The position numbers and the translations under genes are program-made. Shown here piece by piece: positions 62,489 through 64,000 of a DNA stretch of 64,000 nt (the first letter of the stretch is position 1; the number at the start of each line of letters is the position of its first letter). Source of the DNA: an uncultured Planctomycetaceae bacterium. GTDB taxonomy: Bacteria; Planctomycetota; Planctomycetia; Planctomycetales; Planctomycetaceae. The notes under the pieces were generated by a model that saw nothing but the letters and a program-made list of their open reading frames with translations, searched no databases and was not told where the DNA came from. The stretch spans positions 310,001 to 374,000 of the forward strand of contig CAXBME010000002.1 in the NCBI GenBank assembly GCA_963976765.1. The letters run 5' to 3'.

Positions 62489-63937
62489 ATGCGATGTTTT
62501 TTGACGCTGACGACCTTGTTAGTTCTTGCTGTGCCGATGTTTGCTCAGGCGGCAAAGCGACCAAATTTCGTGTTCATCCTCGTCGACGATCTCGGCTACA
62601 TGGACATCGGAGCGAACAATCCAAAAACGTTTTACGAAACCCCCAACGTTGATCAGTTGGCTCGTGAAGGCGTTCGATTTACGAATGGGTATGCTGCCAA
62701 TCCGGTATGCAGCCCGACGCGCTACAGCATCATGACCGGCAGGTACCCATCACGAGTGGACGCGACAAACTTCTTCGCCGGCACACGCGAAGGCCGTTTT
62801 AAGCCGGCTCCGCTGAATGATCGCATGCCGCTGGAAGATGTCACAATCGCCGAAGCACTGAAAGCAGCCGGTTATCGCACGGCGTTTTTCGGAAAATGGC
62901 ACCTCGGACCGACAGAACAATTCTGGCCAGAGCACCAGGGCTTTGACGTGAACGTCGGCGGCCACGTTCGAGGTGCTCCTCGTAACTATTTTTCGCCGTA
63001 TTCTAATCCTCGTCTGGAAGATGGCCCCCGGGGCGAGCACTTAACGAAACGACTGACCGACGAAGTCGTGCGTCAGATTGGCGAGTTCAAAGACGATCCG
63101 TTTCTATGCTACCTCGCGTTTTACACAGTACACACTCCGTTGCAGGCTCCGAAGGAGCTGGTCGAAAAGTACCGGCGGAAAGCAGAAGCACTCGCCGGTC
63201 AGCCGGAGTTCGCCAATGAGGAACAGGTCTGGCCGAACGCCAGAGAACGCCGAGTGCGGATCCTTCAAAAACATGCCACGTACGCAGCGATGGTCGAAAG
63301 TATGGACAGCGCCGTCGGTCGAATCGTCGATCGCCTGAAAGAGCTGGACCTTTACGACAACACCGTCATCTGCTTCACGTCTGACAACGGAGGGCTGTCG
63401 ACGTCGGAAGGCTCACCCACGTCGAACCTTCCACTACGAGGTGGTAAAGGCTGGCTATACGAAGGAGGCATCCGCGAACCGTTCCTGATCCGTGCGCCAG
63501 GCGTCGCCAAAGCGGGCAATGTCTGCGACACGCCCGTCATCAGCACGGATTTCTATCCGACAATCCTCGACCTCGCTGGCGTTCCGCTGAAACCCGAACA
63601 CCATCGTGATGGCCAGAGTCTGGTTCCATTACTCAAGGGCGAGTCGAGTATCGATCGCGATGCTTTGTTCTGGCACTACCCGCACTATTCGAACCAGGGC
63701 GGCATCCCCGGCGGAGCCATCCGCGTCGGCGATTACAAACTGATCGAGCGGTTCGAGGACGGTCAACTTCACCTCTATAACCTGAAATCTGACATCGGCG
63801 AACGCGCGGATTTAGCGACTGAAATGCCCGGCCAGGTCACGGCGATGAAGAACCGGCTCCATGCCTGGTACAAAGACGTCGATGCGAAGTTCCTCCAGCC
63901 AAAACGTCCCGATGAACCCGCACCGTGGCGACCGTAA
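62489..63937 (+). CDS. Formylglycine-dependent sulfatase (Cys-type, secreted)
   Basis: PNFVFILVDDLG, CSPTRYSIMTG, GKWHLG, SDNG and LYEGGIREP. Signal peptide; GGAG before ATG 62489. Confidence 0.94.
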   Translation: MRCFLTLTTLLVLAVPMFAQAAKRPNFVFILVDDLGYMDIGANNPKTFYETPNVDQLAREGVRFTNGYAANPVCSPTRYSIMTGRYPSRVDATNFFAGTREGRFKPAPLNDRMPLEDVTIAEALKAAGYRTAFFGKWHLGPTEQFWPEHQGFDVNVGGHVRGAPRNYFSPYSNPRLEDGPRGEHLTKRLTDEVVRQIGEFKDDPFLCYLAFYTVHTPLQAPKELVEKYRRKAEALAGQPEFANEEQVWPNARERRVRILQKHATYAAMVESMDSAVGRIVDRLKELDLYDNTVICFTSDNGGLSTSEGSPTSNLPLRGGKGWLYEGGIREPFLIRAPGVAKAGNVCDTPVISTDFYPTILDLAGVPLKPEHHRDGQSLVPLLKGESSIDRDALFWHYPHYSNQGGIPGGAIRVGDYKLIERFEDGQLHLYNLKSDIGERADLATEMPGQVTAMKNRLHAWYKDVDAKFLQPKRPDEPAPWRP

Positions 63938-64000
63938 CGGACATCGTTTACTCGCTCTTAAACGAATCGACGACTGCGGAAATCCGGTCCAGGTCGAGCT

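Overview
GC-rich bacterial chromosomal window, most likely from a planctomycete (Planctomycetaceae-like). Evidence for this is a DUF1559 prepilin-like gene with its lipoprotein partner, a DUF1570 protein, LERR-xLL 'planctomycete extracellular' N-termini, several PQQ-like beta-propeller genes and a sulfatase. Housekeeping genes include leuA, aspS, rho, a malic enzyme and a MoeB/ThiF-family enzyme. Flagellar genes are scattered: fliC, csrA, fliA and flhA-flhF-flhG. Also present are cstA, a GH88 hydrolase and two tandem RTX/Calx-beta surface proteins. I saw no rRNA, tRNA, CRISPR array or transposase. Most notable: (1) a compact type VII secretion-like locus (WXG100-like helical hairpin, EccC/EssC-like FtsK ATPase and an adjacent Hanks kinase) in a diderm planctomycete; (2) a complete Leu-codon ribosome-dependent attenuator upstream of leuA; (3) five related intergenic palindromic elements with CAC-based 8-9 nt internal periodicity; (4) GGA-rich candidate CsrA-target leaders around csrA, fliC and cstA; (5) the RTX paralog pair, which has different central domains, a 409-bp identical 3' end and a shared upstream motif; (6) an atypical Rho and an FlhG lacking its catalytic Asp. 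All family assignments are by-eye motif recognition, not database searches. Start codons were adjusted by hand using RBS and N-terminal plausibility.
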